Positions 53,432 through 63,087 are shown, counted from the stretch's first letter. The stretch is DNA of 64,000 nucleotides from Alistipes sp. (GCA_045602705.1 JAZSCB010000002.1:15054-79053); one strand, 5' to 3'. Notes: a model not told the origin generated them from the sequence alone. Program-made: numbers and translations.

Positions 53432-55048
53432 ATGAAACTGACGAAACCCAAGTACATCTTTGTAACGGGCGGTGTAGCCTCGTCGCTTGGCAAAGGTATT
53501 ATTTCGGCCTCGATTGCCCGCCTGTTGCAGGGCCGCGGCTATTCGGTCACGATCCAGAAGCTTGACCCCTACATCAATGTCGATCCGGGCACGCTGAACC
53601 CCTATGAGCACGGTGAGTGTTACGTAACAGAGGATGGTACGGAGACCGACCTCGACCTGGGACACTACGAGCGTTTCACCTCGATCCACACCTCGAAGAA
53701 CAACAATGTAACGACGGGTAAGATCTACAAGACGGTGATCGAGAAGGAGCGCAAGGGCGAGTTCCTGGGCAAGACGGTGCAGGTAATTCCCCACATTACC
53801 GACGAGATCAAGCGTCGGATCCAGCTCTTGAGCCAGGAGAAGTGCTACGACATCATCATCACCGAGATCGGTGGTACGGTGGGCGATATCGAATCGCTCC
53901 CCTTCATCGAGTCGGTACGCCAGCTTCGCTACTCGCTCGGCTATAAGAACACGGCCCTGGTACACCTCACGCTGGTTCCCTATATGGCCGCTTCGGGTGA
54001 GATGAAGACCAAGCCCACGCAGCACTCGGTCAAGGCCCTCCTGGAGAATGGTCTGCAGCCCGACATTCTGGTGCTGCGTGCCGAGCACCCGCTGGAGCCC
54101 AACCTGAAGCGTAAGGTAGCCCTCTTCTGCAACGTGGATCCCGCCGCCGTGATGGAGTCGATTGACGTGCCCACGATCTATGAGGTACCTTTGAAGATGC
54201 ACGAGCAGCACCTCGACGAGGTGGTTCTCGACAAGCTGGGTCTGCCCGTGGAGGGTGAGGAGCCCAACCTTGACACGCTGCGCGACTTCGTACAAAAGAT
54301 CAAGAGCCCCTCGCACCGCATAGACATCGCCCTGGTGGGTAAGTACACCGAGCTGCCCGACGCCTACAAGTCGATCAGCGAGTCCTTCATCCACGCCGGT
54401 GCGGTGAACGACTGCAAAGTGAAACTCCACTATGTGAACTCGGAGAAGCTCGACGCCTCGACGGTTGCCGACAAGCTGGGCAAGATGGCCGGTATCCTGG
54501 TCGCTCCGGGCTTCGGCAATCGTGGCATCGAGGGTAAGATCGAGGCCGTGAAGTTCGCCCGCGAGCAGAAGATCCCCTTCCTGGGTATCTGTCTCGGTAT
54601 GCAGTGCGCCGTCATTGAGTTCGCCCGCAACGTACTGGGCTTCAAGGATGCCAACTCGAGCGAGATGGAGCAGACCAAGCACCCTGTTATCGATTTGATG
54701 GAGGAGCAGAAGGGCATTACGGCCAAGGGTGGCACAATGCGTCTGGGAGCCTACCCCTGCCAGCTGAAGTCGGGCTCGAAGGTGGCCGAGGCTTACGGTG
54801 CAACCCAGATTATGGAGCGTCACCGCCACCGCTACGAGTTCAACAACTACTTCCTGAAGGCCTATGAGGAGGGCGGTATGGAGGCCGTAGGTACCAACCC
54901 CGAGACGGGTCTGGTGGAGGTTGTCGAGGTGAAGGATCACCCCTGGTTTGTCGGCACGCAGTACCACCCCGAGTACAAGAGTACGGTGGAGCACCCCCAC
55001 CCCTTGTTCGTAGCTTTCGTGAAGGCAGCCCTTGCCAACAGCAAGTAG
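53432..55048 (+). CDS. pyrG: CTP synthase
   Basis: The product starts KYIFVTGGVASSLGKGI and has a glutamine amidotransferase domain with GICLGMQ and HRHRYE. Confidence 0.97.
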   Translation: MKLTKPKYIFVTGGVASSLGKGIISASIARLLQGRGYSVTIQKLDPYINVDPGTLNPYEHGECYVTEDGTETDLDLGHYERFTSIHTSKNNNVTTGKIYKTVIEKERKGEFLGKTVQVIPHITDEIKRRIQLLSQEKCYDIIITEIGGTVGDIESLPFIESVRQLRYSLGYKNTALVHLTLVPYMAASGEMKTKPTQHSVKALLENGLQPDILVLRAEHPLEPNLKRKVALFCNVDPAAVMESIDVPTIYEVPLKMHEQHLDEVVLDKLGLPVEGEEPNLDTLRDFVQKIKSPSHRIDIALVGKYTELPDAYKSISESFIHAGAVNDCKVKLHYVNSEKLDASTVADKLGKMAGILVAPGFGNRGIEGKIEAVKFAREQKIPFLGICLGMQCAVIEFARNVLGFKDANSSEMEQTKHPVIDLMEEQKGITAKGGTMRLGAYPCQLKSGSKVAEAYGATQIMERHRHRYEFNNYFLKAYEEGGMEAVGTNPETGLVEVVEVKDHPWFVGTQYHPEYKSTVEHPHPLFVAFVKAALANSK

Positions 55049-55097
55049 CCTGAAACAACCCGTTTATAACCTTTGTCTTGTGGGACGCAGGGCGAGC

Positions 55098-55305
55098 AGT
55101 CCCTGCGTGCCCCGAGAGAGGGGCCGAATGCAAAAGGACAGGAACCAAAATCTTCGGAGGCGGAGTGAGGAGTCCTTATGAGCCTCGAGAGAGGAACCGA
55201 ATGCAAAAAGGAGAGGAACCGAAATCTTCGGAGGCATAGCAAGGAATCCTTGCGTGCCCCGAGAGACAGAAACTAAATGTAATAAGGATAGGAACTAGAA
55301 AATGG
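55098..55305. repeat. three degenerate tandem copies of a ~73-bp unit in the pyrG-yidC spacer
   Basis: Units start near 55098, 55171 and 55245. The shared core is AGTCC(C/T)T..G.GCC.CGAGAGAGG..CCGAATGCAAAAGGA.AGGAACC.AAATCTTCGGAGGC. Units 1 and 2 match at roughly 55 of 65 positions by hand count. Unit 3 is more diverged and runs into the yidC ATG. Confidence 0.7.
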
Positions 55306-57263
55306 ATAAGAAATCTATTATTGGAATTGTACTGATTGGCTTGATTTTCTTTGGCTTTACGATGTACAATTCGAAACAGCAGGAGAAGTGGCTGGCCGAG
55401 CAGGCCCTCTATGAGGCCGAGCAGGCGCGCCAGGACTCGATCTATCGTGCCGAGCACCCCGAGATGGCGGCGGCCGAGGAGCAGCTGGCTGCGGCTGCCG
55501 AGGTGAAGGAGGAGGCTCCGGAACTGGTAGACTCGCTGGGTCTGAGTGCTGCCGAGGTTACCTTCTATGGTGTGGAGTTGGCCAAGGCTCTGCACGCCGA
55601 GACCTCGACCTTAAGTCTGGAGAATGAGGTGTTGCGTGTCGATTTCTCCACGCTGGGAGCCCAGGTGGAGGAGGTGATACTCAAGGAGTATATGAAGTAT
55701 GCCCCCGAGGAGCGCACCGAACAGGTACGAATGTTTGATCCCGAAATGTCGAACTTCAACCTTGAGCTCTACATCAAGAATGGGTATAAGAACGTGCCGA
55801 TCAACACCTCGGAGTTTGTCTTTGAGGCAGAACCCGTGGTGAAGGATGGCGAGAAGCAGCAGGCCGGTTTCCGCCTCTACGTGGCCCCCGATGCCGCCCT
55901 GCGCTTTGTCTACACCCTCTACTCGACCACCAACCCCGAGCGTGACTACCTGCTGGACTTCAATGTGGAGTTTATGAATATGCGTCCGCTGATGGCCAAC
56001 CAGACGGCCGTGGTGGTAGATTGGACAAGCCGCACCTTCCAGAACGAGAAGGGCTTCAAAAACGAGAATATGTACACCACGCTCGCCTACCGCTTCCCGG
56101 GCGAGAGCTCGATTGAGGAGCTGGGAATGAGCGAGGAGAGCAAGGATGAGCAGGAATCCACCGAGATCAACTGGGTAGCCTTCAAGCAGCAGTTCTTCTC
56201 TTCGGTGCTGATTGCCTACAATAACTTCTCGACCAGTGATATGGGCTTTGAGACCGCCGAGGCGGGTTCGGGCTACGTCAAGGATTTCCACTTGGAGGCT
56301 TCGGTACCCTACACGCCCCAGACCGAGGTGCTGAACTTCGGTCTCTATTTCGGCCCCAACAAGTACGCCATCCTGAAGAAGGTGGTGGACAACCAGGGCG
56401 AGGAGTTGCAGTTGGAGCGTATGATCCCCCTGGGTTGGGGCATCTTCGGCTGGGTAAACCGTTGGTTTGTAATTCCGGTCTTTGACCTGCTGCGTCAGTT
56501 CGACCTCAACTTCGGTCTGATCATCATCATTCTGGCAATTCTGGTGAAGCTCATCATCCTGCCGATGACCTACAAGAGCTACGTTTCGATGGCCAAGATG
56601 CGTATCATCAAGCCCGAGATGGATATCATCGCCCAGAAGTACCCCAAGCAGGAGGATGCAATGAAGCGTCAGCAGGCGACGATGGATCTCTACAAGAAGG
56701 CGGGCATCAACCCGATGGGTGGCTGTATCCCGATGCTGATCCAGATGCCGATTCTGATTGCAATGTTCCGCTTCTTCCCCGCTTCGATCGAGTTGCGTGG
56801 CGAGCACTTCTTGTGGGCCGACGACCTCTCGTCGTACGACAGCATCCTGGATCTCCCCTTCAAGATCCCCTTCTACGGTGACCACGTGAGCCTCTTCGCT
56901 CTGCTGATGACCGCCGCCCTCTTCATCTTCTCGTGGCTGAACTACCAGCAGAGTGCCTCGTCGCAGCCCCAGCAGATGCCGGGTATGAAGTTTATGATGG
57001 TCTATATGATGCCGTTGATGATGCTCTTCTGGTTCAACGACTACGCCAGCGGTTTGTGCTTCTACTACTTCTTTGCCAACCTGCTGACCATTGCCCAGAC
57101 CTACCTGATTCGCTACTTCGTGGATGACACGAAGATTCAGGCCATTATGGCCTCGAATGCCGCCAAGCGCAAGAATCAGAAGAAGTCGAAGTTCCAGCAG
57201 CGTTACGAGGAGCTGATGCGCCAGCAGGAGCTGCTCCAGCAGCAACAGCAGAAGCGCAGATAA
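55302..57263 (+). CDS. yidC: membrane protein insertase YidC
   Basis: It has an N-terminal TM segment, a large periplasmic domain and the conserved C-terminal core (KPEMDIIAQKYP...QQATMDLYKKAGINPMGGCIPMLIQMPILIAMF). The tail is basic. Confidence 0.93.
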   Translation: MDKKSIIGIVLIGLIFFGFTMYNSKQQEKWLAEQALYEAEQARQDSIYRAEHPEMAAAEEQLAAAAEVKEEAPELVDSLGLSAAEVTFYGVELAKALHAETSTLSLENEVLRVDFSTLGAQVEEVILKEYMKYAPEERTEQVRMFDPEMSNFNLELYIKNGYKNVPINTSEFVFEAEPVVKDGEKQQAGFRLYVAPDAALRFVYTLYSTTNPERDYLLDFNVEFMNMRPLMANQTAVVVDWTSRTFQNEKGFKNENMYTTLAYRFPGESSIEELGMSEESKDEQESTEINWVAFKQQFFSSVLIAYNNFSTSDMGFETAEAGSGYVKDFHLEASVPYTPQTEVLNFGLYFGPNKYAILKKVVDNQGEELQLERMIPLGWGIFGWVNRWFVIPVFDLLRQFDLNFGLIIIILAILVKLIILPMTYKSYVSMAKMRIIKPEMDIIAQKYPKQEDAMKRQQATMDLYKKAGINPMGGCIPMLIQMPILIAMFRFFPASIELRGEHFLWADDLSSYDSILDLPFKIPFYGDHVSLFALLMTAALFIFSWLNYQQSASSQPQQMPGMKFMMVYMMPLMMLFWFNDYASGLCFYYFFANLLTIAQTYLIRYFVDDTKIQAIMASNAAKRKNQKKSKFQQRYEELMRQQELLQQQQQKRR

Positions 57264-57275
57264 AGATCTCCGGAC

Positions 57276-57308
57276 TACAAAAAAAGCGACCTCTTCGGGT
57301 CGCTTTTT
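57276..57308. terminator. bidirectional rho-independent terminator (yidC / radC convergent)
   Basis: AAAAGCGACC - TCTTCG - GGTCGCTTTT has A/T runs on both sides. Confidence 0.8.
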
Positions 57309-57328
57309 TATTTATCAAAAGAGTTGGC

Positions 57329-57991
57329 TTATCGGATCAGCCCCTCGGCTCGGAAGCTGAAAGAGCCCGTATCGCTCAAGATCAGATGATCCACCACCCG
57401 AATATCGAAGAGAGCTGCAGCCTCGGCAATTCGGCGGGTCAGCAATTTGTCGGCCTCACTCGGTTGGGCCGTACCGGAGGGGTGGTTGTGTACCAGAATC
57501 AGTTGGGGAGCCAAGAGTTCCAGGGCCCGTTTCACCACCAAACGATGATCAACCACCGTTCCCTGCACTCCACCCTGGCTGACGCGCGTACGCTCAATAA
57601 GGCGATTGGAGTTGGTGAGATAGGCCACCCAGCACTCCTCGTGTTTCAACTCCTGCAGCAGGGGGCGAAAGAGACGTACCACCTCCTCGCTCGACGAGAG
57701 TGTAGGGATTGAGTCCTCCCCCTCACGGGCCATCACTCTTCGTCCCAGCTCGGCAGCCGCCGCTAGGCGGGCTGCACGCTTCAACCCCACTCCGGCGGTC
57801 ATCCGCAAACGGGCCAATTCGGTGCGTCCCACCATTGCCAACGAACCACCGCAAGCCTCCAGAAGGGCCTCGGCCCGCTCGATGCTCCCCTCGGCTCCAT
57901 CCTCCATCAGAAGAGCCAGCAGTTCGGCATCACGCAACGCCGAGGCTCCCTTCAGTTGTAAGATATCGTAGATCGAAGCCATTCCTTGCAA
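57329..57991 (-). CDS. radC: RadC-family JAB/MPN domain protein
   Basis: The N-terminal HhH-like region has DAELLALL. The JAMM motif is LVHNHPSGTAQPSEADKLLT. Confidence 0.85.
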   Translation of the reverse strand: MQGMASIYDILQLKGASALRDAELLALLMEDGAEGSIERAEALLEACGGSLAMVGRTELARLRMTAGVGLKRAARLAAAAELGRRVMAREGEDSIPTLSSSEEVVRLFRPLLQELKHEECWVAYLTNSNRLIERTRVSQGGVQGTVVDHRLVVKRALELLAPQLILVHNHPSGTAQPSEADKLLTRRIAEAAALFDIRVVDHLILSDTGSFSFRAEGLIR

Positions 57992-57994
57992 GAT

Positions 57995-58756
57995 TTAGGC
58001 ACCCAATTTATCGGCCTTATCCAAGACACGCAGGCAGGCCTCATCGTCGGCCGTCTGTGCCATCGTATAGGCAGCGTGCTGCTCGGCCTCCTTCTTGGAG
58101 GAGCCGTGACCGTGGCTCACCTCCATATCGTCGATATAGATTGTCGAGAGGAAGGTACCGTTCGTCGATCCGTGACGCGTAACAAACTTCACGGCGTGGT
58201 GATTCTTCTGACACCATTCAATCAAGCGGCTCTTGAAATCGGTCTCCTCCTCGGTGAGGGACTCCATATTGAGGTGGGCCGGATAGATGCGGTTGATCAG
58301 CAGGCGATTTACAAAGTTATAACCCTGATCGAGGTAGATGGCACCCATCATAGCCTCAAAGGCGTCGCCATAGAGGTGCTTCTGGGAACTTACCGCCCCC
58401 TGGTGGGCCACAATCAGCCGGTCGAGTCCCAACTCCACCGCCAACCGGTTGAGCGACTGGCGCGAAACGATCTTTGAGCGCAGCTGCGTGAGCTTGCCCT
58501 CGGGAGCATCGGGGTACTCGATGTAGAGGAAGTCGGAGGTTACCGCCTCGATGACGGCATCTCCCAGGTACTCCAGACGCTCGTTGTTGATGGCCGTACC
58601 ATCAGCCATCGTATAGGAGGCCGACTTGTGAATCAAAGCCAGCTTGTAGAGTTCAATGTTGTTGGGTATGACTCCGAAGATATCATCCATCAGACGATAA
58701 TACTCCTTGTCGGGGCCAAAATTGCGCCGTATGGGGCGCAGCAGGAAATCAATCAT
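57995..58756 (-). CDS. rnc: ribonuclease III
   Basis: It has the RNase III signature NERLEYLGDAV and a C-terminal dsRBD (GHGSSKKEAEQHAA). Confidence 0.92.
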   Translation of the reverse strand: MIDFLLRPIRRNFGPDKEYYRLMDDIFGVIPNNIELYKLALIHKSASYTMADGTAINNERLEYLGDAVIEAVTSDFLYIEYPDAPEGKLTQLRSKIVSRQSLNRLAVELGLDRLIVAHQGAVSSQKHLYGDAFEAMMGAIYLDQGYNFVNRLLINRIYPAHLNMESLTEEETDFKSRLIEWCQKNHHAVKFVTRHGSTNGTFLSTIYIDDMEVSHGHGSSKKEAEQHAAYTMAQTADDEACLRVLDKADKLGA

Positions 58757-58768
58757 AAGTAGATTCTT

Positions 58769-58805
58769 AAAAAAGCAAAGTTTCGTGAATGTGCTTCACG
58801 AAACT
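58769..58805 (-). terminator. rho-independent terminator between fabF and rnc
   Basis: The 11-bp stem is AGTTTCGTGAA - TGTGC - TTCACGAAACT. On the minus strand it is followed by TTGCTTTTTT. Confidence 0.7.
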
Positions 58806-58843
58806 TAAGCCCTTAAAACTCTTTAATAAGTGTTCAACCGATC

Positions 58844-60094
58844 CTACTCAACCTTCTTGAGGATGACCGTCGAGTTGTGACCACCAAAGCCGAAGGTGTT
58901 GCTCAAAGCCACCTTTACCTCGCGCTTCTGAGCCTCACCGAGGGTGAGGTTGAGCTTGGTGTCAATCTGGGGATCGAGCTCCTCGCAGTTGATGGTGGGG
59001 GGCACAACGCCACGCGTGATGGCCATAATGCAGGCCAAGGCCTCGATGGCACCCGTAGCACCCAGCAGGTGACCGTGCATCGACTTGGTCGAGGAGATGT
59101 TCATTGCGTAAGCGTGGTCGCCGAATACGCCCTGTACGGCCTTCAACTCGGCCACATCACCCAGCGGGGTCGAGGTACCGTGTACGTTCACATAGTCCAC
59201 GGCCTCGGGCTGGAGACCTGCGTCACGCAACGCCTCACGCATCGCCAGAATGGCACCCTTGCCCTCGGGATGAGGGGCGGTGAAGTGGTGTGCATCAGCC
59301 GAGCAGCCGCCACCGGCAAACTCGCAATAGATCTTGGCACCACGCGCCTTGGCGTGCTCATACTCCTCGAGGATCAGGGCACCGGCACCCTCACCGATCA
59401 CAAAACCGTCGCGCTTGACATCGAAAGGACGCGAAGCGTGCTGGGGGTCGTCATTGCGGGTCGAGATGGCCTGCATCGAACCGAAACCACCCACCGAAGG
59501 CTCATTCACGGCAGCCTCCGAACCACCGGCAATCATAATGTCGGCCTTACCATAGCGAATCTGGTTGAAGGCCTCCACCATACCGTGGTTGGACGAAGCA
59601 CAGGCCGACACAGTACAGTAGTTGGGGCCCATAAAACCATACTTGATGGAGATATAGCCCGCAGCGATGTCGGCGATCATTCGGGGAATAAAGAAGGGGC
59701 TAAACCGAGGGGTGTTACCACCCTCGGCATAGCCCAGACACTCGTCAAAGAAGGACTTAAGTCCTCCGATACCCGAACACCAGATCACTCCGGCACGCTC
59801 CTTGTTTACCTGCTCCATATCGAAGCCGGCATCCACCACAGCCTGCTCGGCGGCGATCAATGCATACTGCGTATAGAGGTCGTATTTACGAACCTCTTTA
59901 CGATCGAAATGCTGGCTCGGGTCGTAATTTTTAACCTCACAAGCGAACTTGGTCTTGAATTTTTCGGTATCAAAATGGGTAATCGGCGCTGCACCGCTAA
60001 CACCCTTCTCGAGATTGGAGAAGTACTCTTCAATATTGTTACCGAGCGGGTTGATGGTACCGATGCCCGTCACGACTACTCTTCTTTCTGCCAT
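58844..60094 (-). CDS. fabF: beta-ketoacyl-ACP synthase II
   Basis: The active-site contexts are TVSACASS (Cys), VNVHGTSTP (His) and KSMHGHLLGATG (His). Length is 416 aa. Confidence 0.95.
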   Translation of the reverse strand: MAERRVVVTGIGTINPLGNNIEEYFSNLEKGVSGAAPITHFDTEKFKTKFACEVKNYDPSQHFDRKEVRKYDLYTQYALIAAEQAVVDAGFDMEQVNKERAGVIWCSGIGGLKSFFDECLGYAEGGNTPRFSPFFIPRMIADIAAGYISIKYGFMGPNYCTVSACASSNHGMVEAFNQIRYGKADIMIAGGSEAAVNEPSVGGFGSMQAISTRNDDPQHASRPFDVKRDGFVIGEGAGALILEEYEHAKARGAKIYCEFAGGGCSADAHHFTAPHPEGKGAILAMREALRDAGLQPEAVDYVNVHGTSTPLGDVAELKAVQGVFGDHAYAMNISSTKSMHGHLLGATGAIEALACIMAITRGVVPPTINCEELDPQIDTKLNLTLGEAQKREVKVALSNTFGFGGHNSTVILKKVE

Positions 60095-60153
60095 AAATTA
60101 AGATTTAGTTCCTAAACTAATGAGATTAAAGTGTTTTTGAGTTGAAAGTACTA

Positions 60154-60387
60154 CTACTTGTGCGACTCAATGTAGTTGATAGCATCGCCTACGGTAGCAA
60201 TCTTCTCAGCGTCCTCGTCGGGAATCTGAATATCGAAGGCCTTCTCGAACTCCATAATGAGCTCAACGGTATCCAACGAATCGGCACCCAGGTGGTTGGT
60301 GAAGCTGGCCTCAGCCACTACCTCCGACTCCTTAACACCCAACTTGTCGACGATGATCTCGACAACTTTCGACTGTACTTCTGACAT
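60154..60387 (-). CDS. acpP: acyl carrier protein
   Basis: The 77-aa product has the phosphopantetheine attachment motif [16 protein letters not shown]. Confidence 0.95.
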   Translation of the reverse strand: MSEVQSKVVEIIVDKLGVKESEVVAEASFTNHLGADSLDTVELIMEFEKAFDIQIPDEDAEKIATVGDAINYIESHK

Positions 60388-60529
60388 AACTGTAAAAATT
60401 TTAGTTAAACAAATGTTATTGTTAGTAAAAGTTTTCTACCTTTGTAAGAACCACGAAGAGCTCTCCGAAATTTTTTACCGTTTTTCGGATTTCTTCGTAA
60501 TTTTTGGGCAAAAATAACACTTTTTTTAT

Positions 60530-60537
60530 TACTTTTG
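60530..60537 (+). promoter_or_regulatory. -7 promoter box TACTTTTG (pepE)
   Basis: An exact TAnnTTTG match lies 82 nt upstream of the ATG at 60619. Confidence 0.45.
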
Positions 60538-60618
60538 GCATATCGAAGCAAAAAAATGACAACGATTTTTCGACAAGCCAAAGAAAAAAACTTATAAAAA
60601 CCTAACAACCAACCCGTT

Positions 60619-61320
60619 ATGAATTTACTTCTTATTTCCAACTCCACGAATGCCGGAGAGCCCTATCTCCAGTATCCGATGCCCGAAATCGCCAAAACCC
60701 TGCAGGGGGTCAAGGAGGTGGTTTTCGTCCCTTATGCCGCCGTCACCTTCTCCTATGCCGAGTATGAGCGTCGCGTGCAGGAGCGTTTTGCCGACCTGGG
60801 AATCAAGGTACGCTCGATTCACCGTTCGCCCAACCCCCGAATGATGATTCGCCACGCCGAGGCGATCTGCATCGGTGGCGGCAACACCTTCGCCTTGACC
60901 AAGAAGTTGCAGGAGCAGAAGTTGCTGAGTGCCATCCTGCGTCGCCTGCAGGCCGGTATTCCCTATGTGGGTTGGTCGGCCGGCAGCAATGTTTGCTGTC
61001 CTACCATCTGCACCACCAACGATATGCCCATCGTAGAGCCCCAGAGCTTCTCGGCCATCGGAGCCGTAAAGTTCCAGATCAATCCCCACTACCTGGATGC
61101 CAACCCCGAGGGTCACGCCGGAGAGACGCGCGAGCAGCGTATTCTGGAGTATATTCAGGCTAATCCGCGCCGCTATGTGGTAGGTCTGCGCGAGGGATGT
61201 ATGCTCCGCTATCAGGATGGCAAGCTGGAGTTGATCGGCAAGAAGCCCATTCGCCTCTTCAAGAAGGGGGAGCCGATTCGCGAGTTGCAGCCCGGCGAGG
61301 ATCTGCAGTTCCTGCTCTAA
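60619..61320 (+). CDS. pepE: dipeptidase E (peptidase S51)
   Basis: It is collinear with E. coli PepE as I recall it: LLLISNST, IGGGNTFAL, GWSAGSNVCCPTICTTNDMPIVEPQ and QINPHY. Confidence 0.85.
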   Translation: MNLLLISNSTNAGEPYLQYPMPEIAKTLQGVKEVVFVPYAAVTFSYAEYERRVQERFADLGIKVRSIHRSPNPRMMIRHAEAICIGGGNTFALTKKLQEQKLLSAILRRLQAGIPYVGWSAGSNVCCPTICTTNDMPIVEPQSFSAIGAVKFQINPHYLDANPEGHAGETREQRILEYIQANPRRYVVGLREGCMLRYQDGKLELIGKKPIRLFKKGEPIRELQPGEDLQFLL

Positions 61321-61347
61321 AGGCCCATATATAATTAAGGTGTGACA

Positions 61348-61713
61348 ATGATCGAGCGGAGCGAAATTGGGCGATTGGGCGAGCAGGCTGCCGTCGATTG
61401 GCTGCGCAAACAGGGTTTTATGATCCTGGAGCGCAACTGGCGACATGGCCGCTATGAGATCGACATCATTGCCCAACGCTGGGATGAAATCCACTTTGTG
61501 GAGGTCAAGACTCGCAGTGTCGGCGGGTGGACCACCCCCGAGTCGGCCCTCACGCCCGAGAAGTTCCGAGCTTTGAAGCGAGCGGCCAACTTCTATCTCG
61601 CCTTGAAAAAAGTGCGCGAAGAGCCACTCTTCGACCTCTGTGCCGTAGAACACTTCGAGGGCAAAGAGCTGAAGATTGAATTTGTGGAGCGAGCAATGGA
61701 GTCACACTGGTAA
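61348..61713 (+). CDS. yraN: YraN family (UPF0102) endonuclease-like protein
   Basis: Motif: GEQAAVDWLRKQGFMILERNWRHGRYEIDIIAQRWDEIHFVEVKTRS. The ATG is at 61348, with an in-frame GTG at 61342. Confidence 0.8.
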   Translation: MIERSEIGRLGEQAAVDWLRKQGFMILERNWRHGRYEIDIIAQRWDEIHFVEVKTRSVGGWTTPESALTPEKFRALKRAANFYLALKKVREEPLFDLCAVEHFEGKELKIEFVERAMESHW

Positions 61714-61726
61714 GAAATTCAACCTT

Positions 61727-61762
61727 AAAGGCCTCTTCCAACCCTTTGGGAGAGGCCTTTTT
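61727..61762 (+). terminator. rho-independent terminator after yraN
   Basis: AAAGGCCTCT - 14-nt loop - AGAGGCCTTT is followed by TT. Confidence 0.7.
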
Positions 61763-61795
61763 GTGCCAATTTTTGCTTTTTCTTCCAAAAGATCG

Positions 61796-61803
61796 TATAT
61801 TTG
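61796..61803 (+). promoter_or_regulatory. -7 promoter box TATATTTG (waaA)
   Basis: An exact match lies 20 nt upstream of the ATG at 61823. Confidence 0.55.
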
Positions 61804-61822
61804 CCACATAAAGCGAATCAAT

Positions 61823-63058
61823 ATGATGTCATTATACACCCTGGGGGTGATGCTCTATGGGGCTCTGATTGCCCTCATCGCACCGTGGCACAAGAAAGCC
61901 GCCCTCTGGTACAACGGACGAAAAGGGCTCTTGAAGCGGATGGCCGAGGCCGTCACGCCGGGGGAGCGTATCATCTGGATTCACGCCTCGTCGCTGGGTG
62001 AGTTCGAGCAGGGCCGCCCCCTGATCGAGGAGTTGAAGGCCTCCCACCCCGAATACAAGGTGTTGCTCACCTTCTTCTCCCCCTCGGGCTACGAGATCCG
62101 TAAGAACTATGCCGGTGCCGACTATATCTTCTATCTGCCGCTTGATACCCCGCGCAAGGCCCGTCGCTTCCTCGACATCTTCCAACCCGAGATCGCCATC
62201 TTTGTCAAATACGAGTATTGGCTCAACCTGTTGGCCGAGTTGCGCCGCCGCAAGACGCGCACCTTCATCGTCTCCTCCATCTTCCGCCGCAAGTCGATCT
62301 TCTTCAAGTGGTATGGTGCAGCGTGGCGTCAGGCACTGGAGAGTTTCGAAATCCTCTTTGTGCAGAATGAAGAGTCGAAGAAGTTGTTGGCCGAATTGGG
62401 TTTCGACAACGCCATCGTAGCCGGAGACACACGCTTCGACCGCGTAGCGGCCATCGCTGCCGCTGCCAAGCGAATCGACCTCATCGAGCGTTTCAAGGGC
62501 GAAAAACGCCTTCTGGTGGCGGGCTCAACCTGGGGTCCCGACGAGGAGATTCTTCTGCCGCTGATGAATGCCAACCCCGAGATTCGTTTCGTCGTAGCTC
62601 CTCACGAGATGGAGGAGGAGCGCATCAACCGCCTGTTGCAGGAGTGTCGCGGAGGAGGCATCCGCTACACCCAGTGCAAGGAGGAAGAATCTTTTGAGAA
62701 TCAGCAACTTTTAGTACTCGATACGGTAGGAATTCTCTCCTCGGTTTATGGCTATGCCGAGTGGGCCTACATCGGCGGCGGCTTTGGTGTCGGTATCCAC
62801 AACACCCTGGAGGCTGCCACCTTCGGACTTCCCATCGCCTTCGGTCCCAACTACCAAAAGTTCAAGGAGGCCCGCGATATGATCTCGCTCGGAGCCGCCA
62901 CCTCGGTTTGTTCGGCAGAAGAGCTTGCTGCCTGGTTTGCTCCCCTGCGCGACGAGGAGAGCAAGCGGGAACAGACGGCCTCCATCGCCCGCGACTATAC
63001 CGAGCGTAACCAGGGTGCCACCCGCCTGATTTTGAAATCGATCTTCCTGACAAGGTAG
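61823..63058 (+). CDS. waaA: 3-deoxy-D-manno-octulosonic acid (Kdo) transferase
   Basis: From the internal Met the product reads MMSLYTLGVMLYGALIALIAPW (membrane anchor). It has IWIHASSLGEFEQGRPLIEEL, GSTWGPDEE and PHE motifs of GT30. Confidence 0.9.
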   Translation: MMSLYTLGVMLYGALIALIAPWHKKAALWYNGRKGLLKRMAEAVTPGERIIWIHASSLGEFEQGRPLIEELKASHPEYKVLLTFFSPSGYEIRKNYAGADYIFYLPLDTPRKARRFLDIFQPEIAIFVKYEYWLNLLAELRRRKTRTFIVSSIFRRKSIFFKWYGAAWRQALESFEILFVQNEESKKLLAELGFDNAIVAGDTRFDRVAAIAAAAKRIDLIERFKGEKRLLVAGSTWGPDEEILLPLMNANPEIRFVVAPHEMEEERINRLLQECRGGGIRYTQCKEEESFENQQLLVLDTVGILSSVYGYAEWAYIGGGFGVGIHNTLEAATFGLPIAFGPNYQKFKEARDMISLGAATSVCSAEELAAWFAPLRDEESKREQTASIARDYTERNQGATRLILKSIFLTR

Positions 63059-63087
63059 CCTGCGAGTCGCTATTTTTCAGAATTTAT

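Noticed and set aside
55085-55108. A stem-loop after pyrG, considered as a rho-independent terminator.
   Set aside because: The stem is 8 bp and GC-rich but is followed by GCCCCGAG rather than a T-run, and it overlaps repeat unit 1. I kept it only as part of the repeat finding.
51504-60115. Other long antisense ORFs: 51504..53159 (opposite DUF349), 53222..55000 (opposite pyrG), 55611..57245 (opposite yidC), 58877..60115 (opposite fabF).
   Set aside because: Same reasoning as above: each is the mirror of a gene with strong family motifs and has none of its own.
60257-60517. An 86-aa + ORF in the acpP-pepE spacer.
   Set aside because: Its first part is antisense to acpP. The remainder is AT-rich spacer with atypical codons, and there is no plausible start context.
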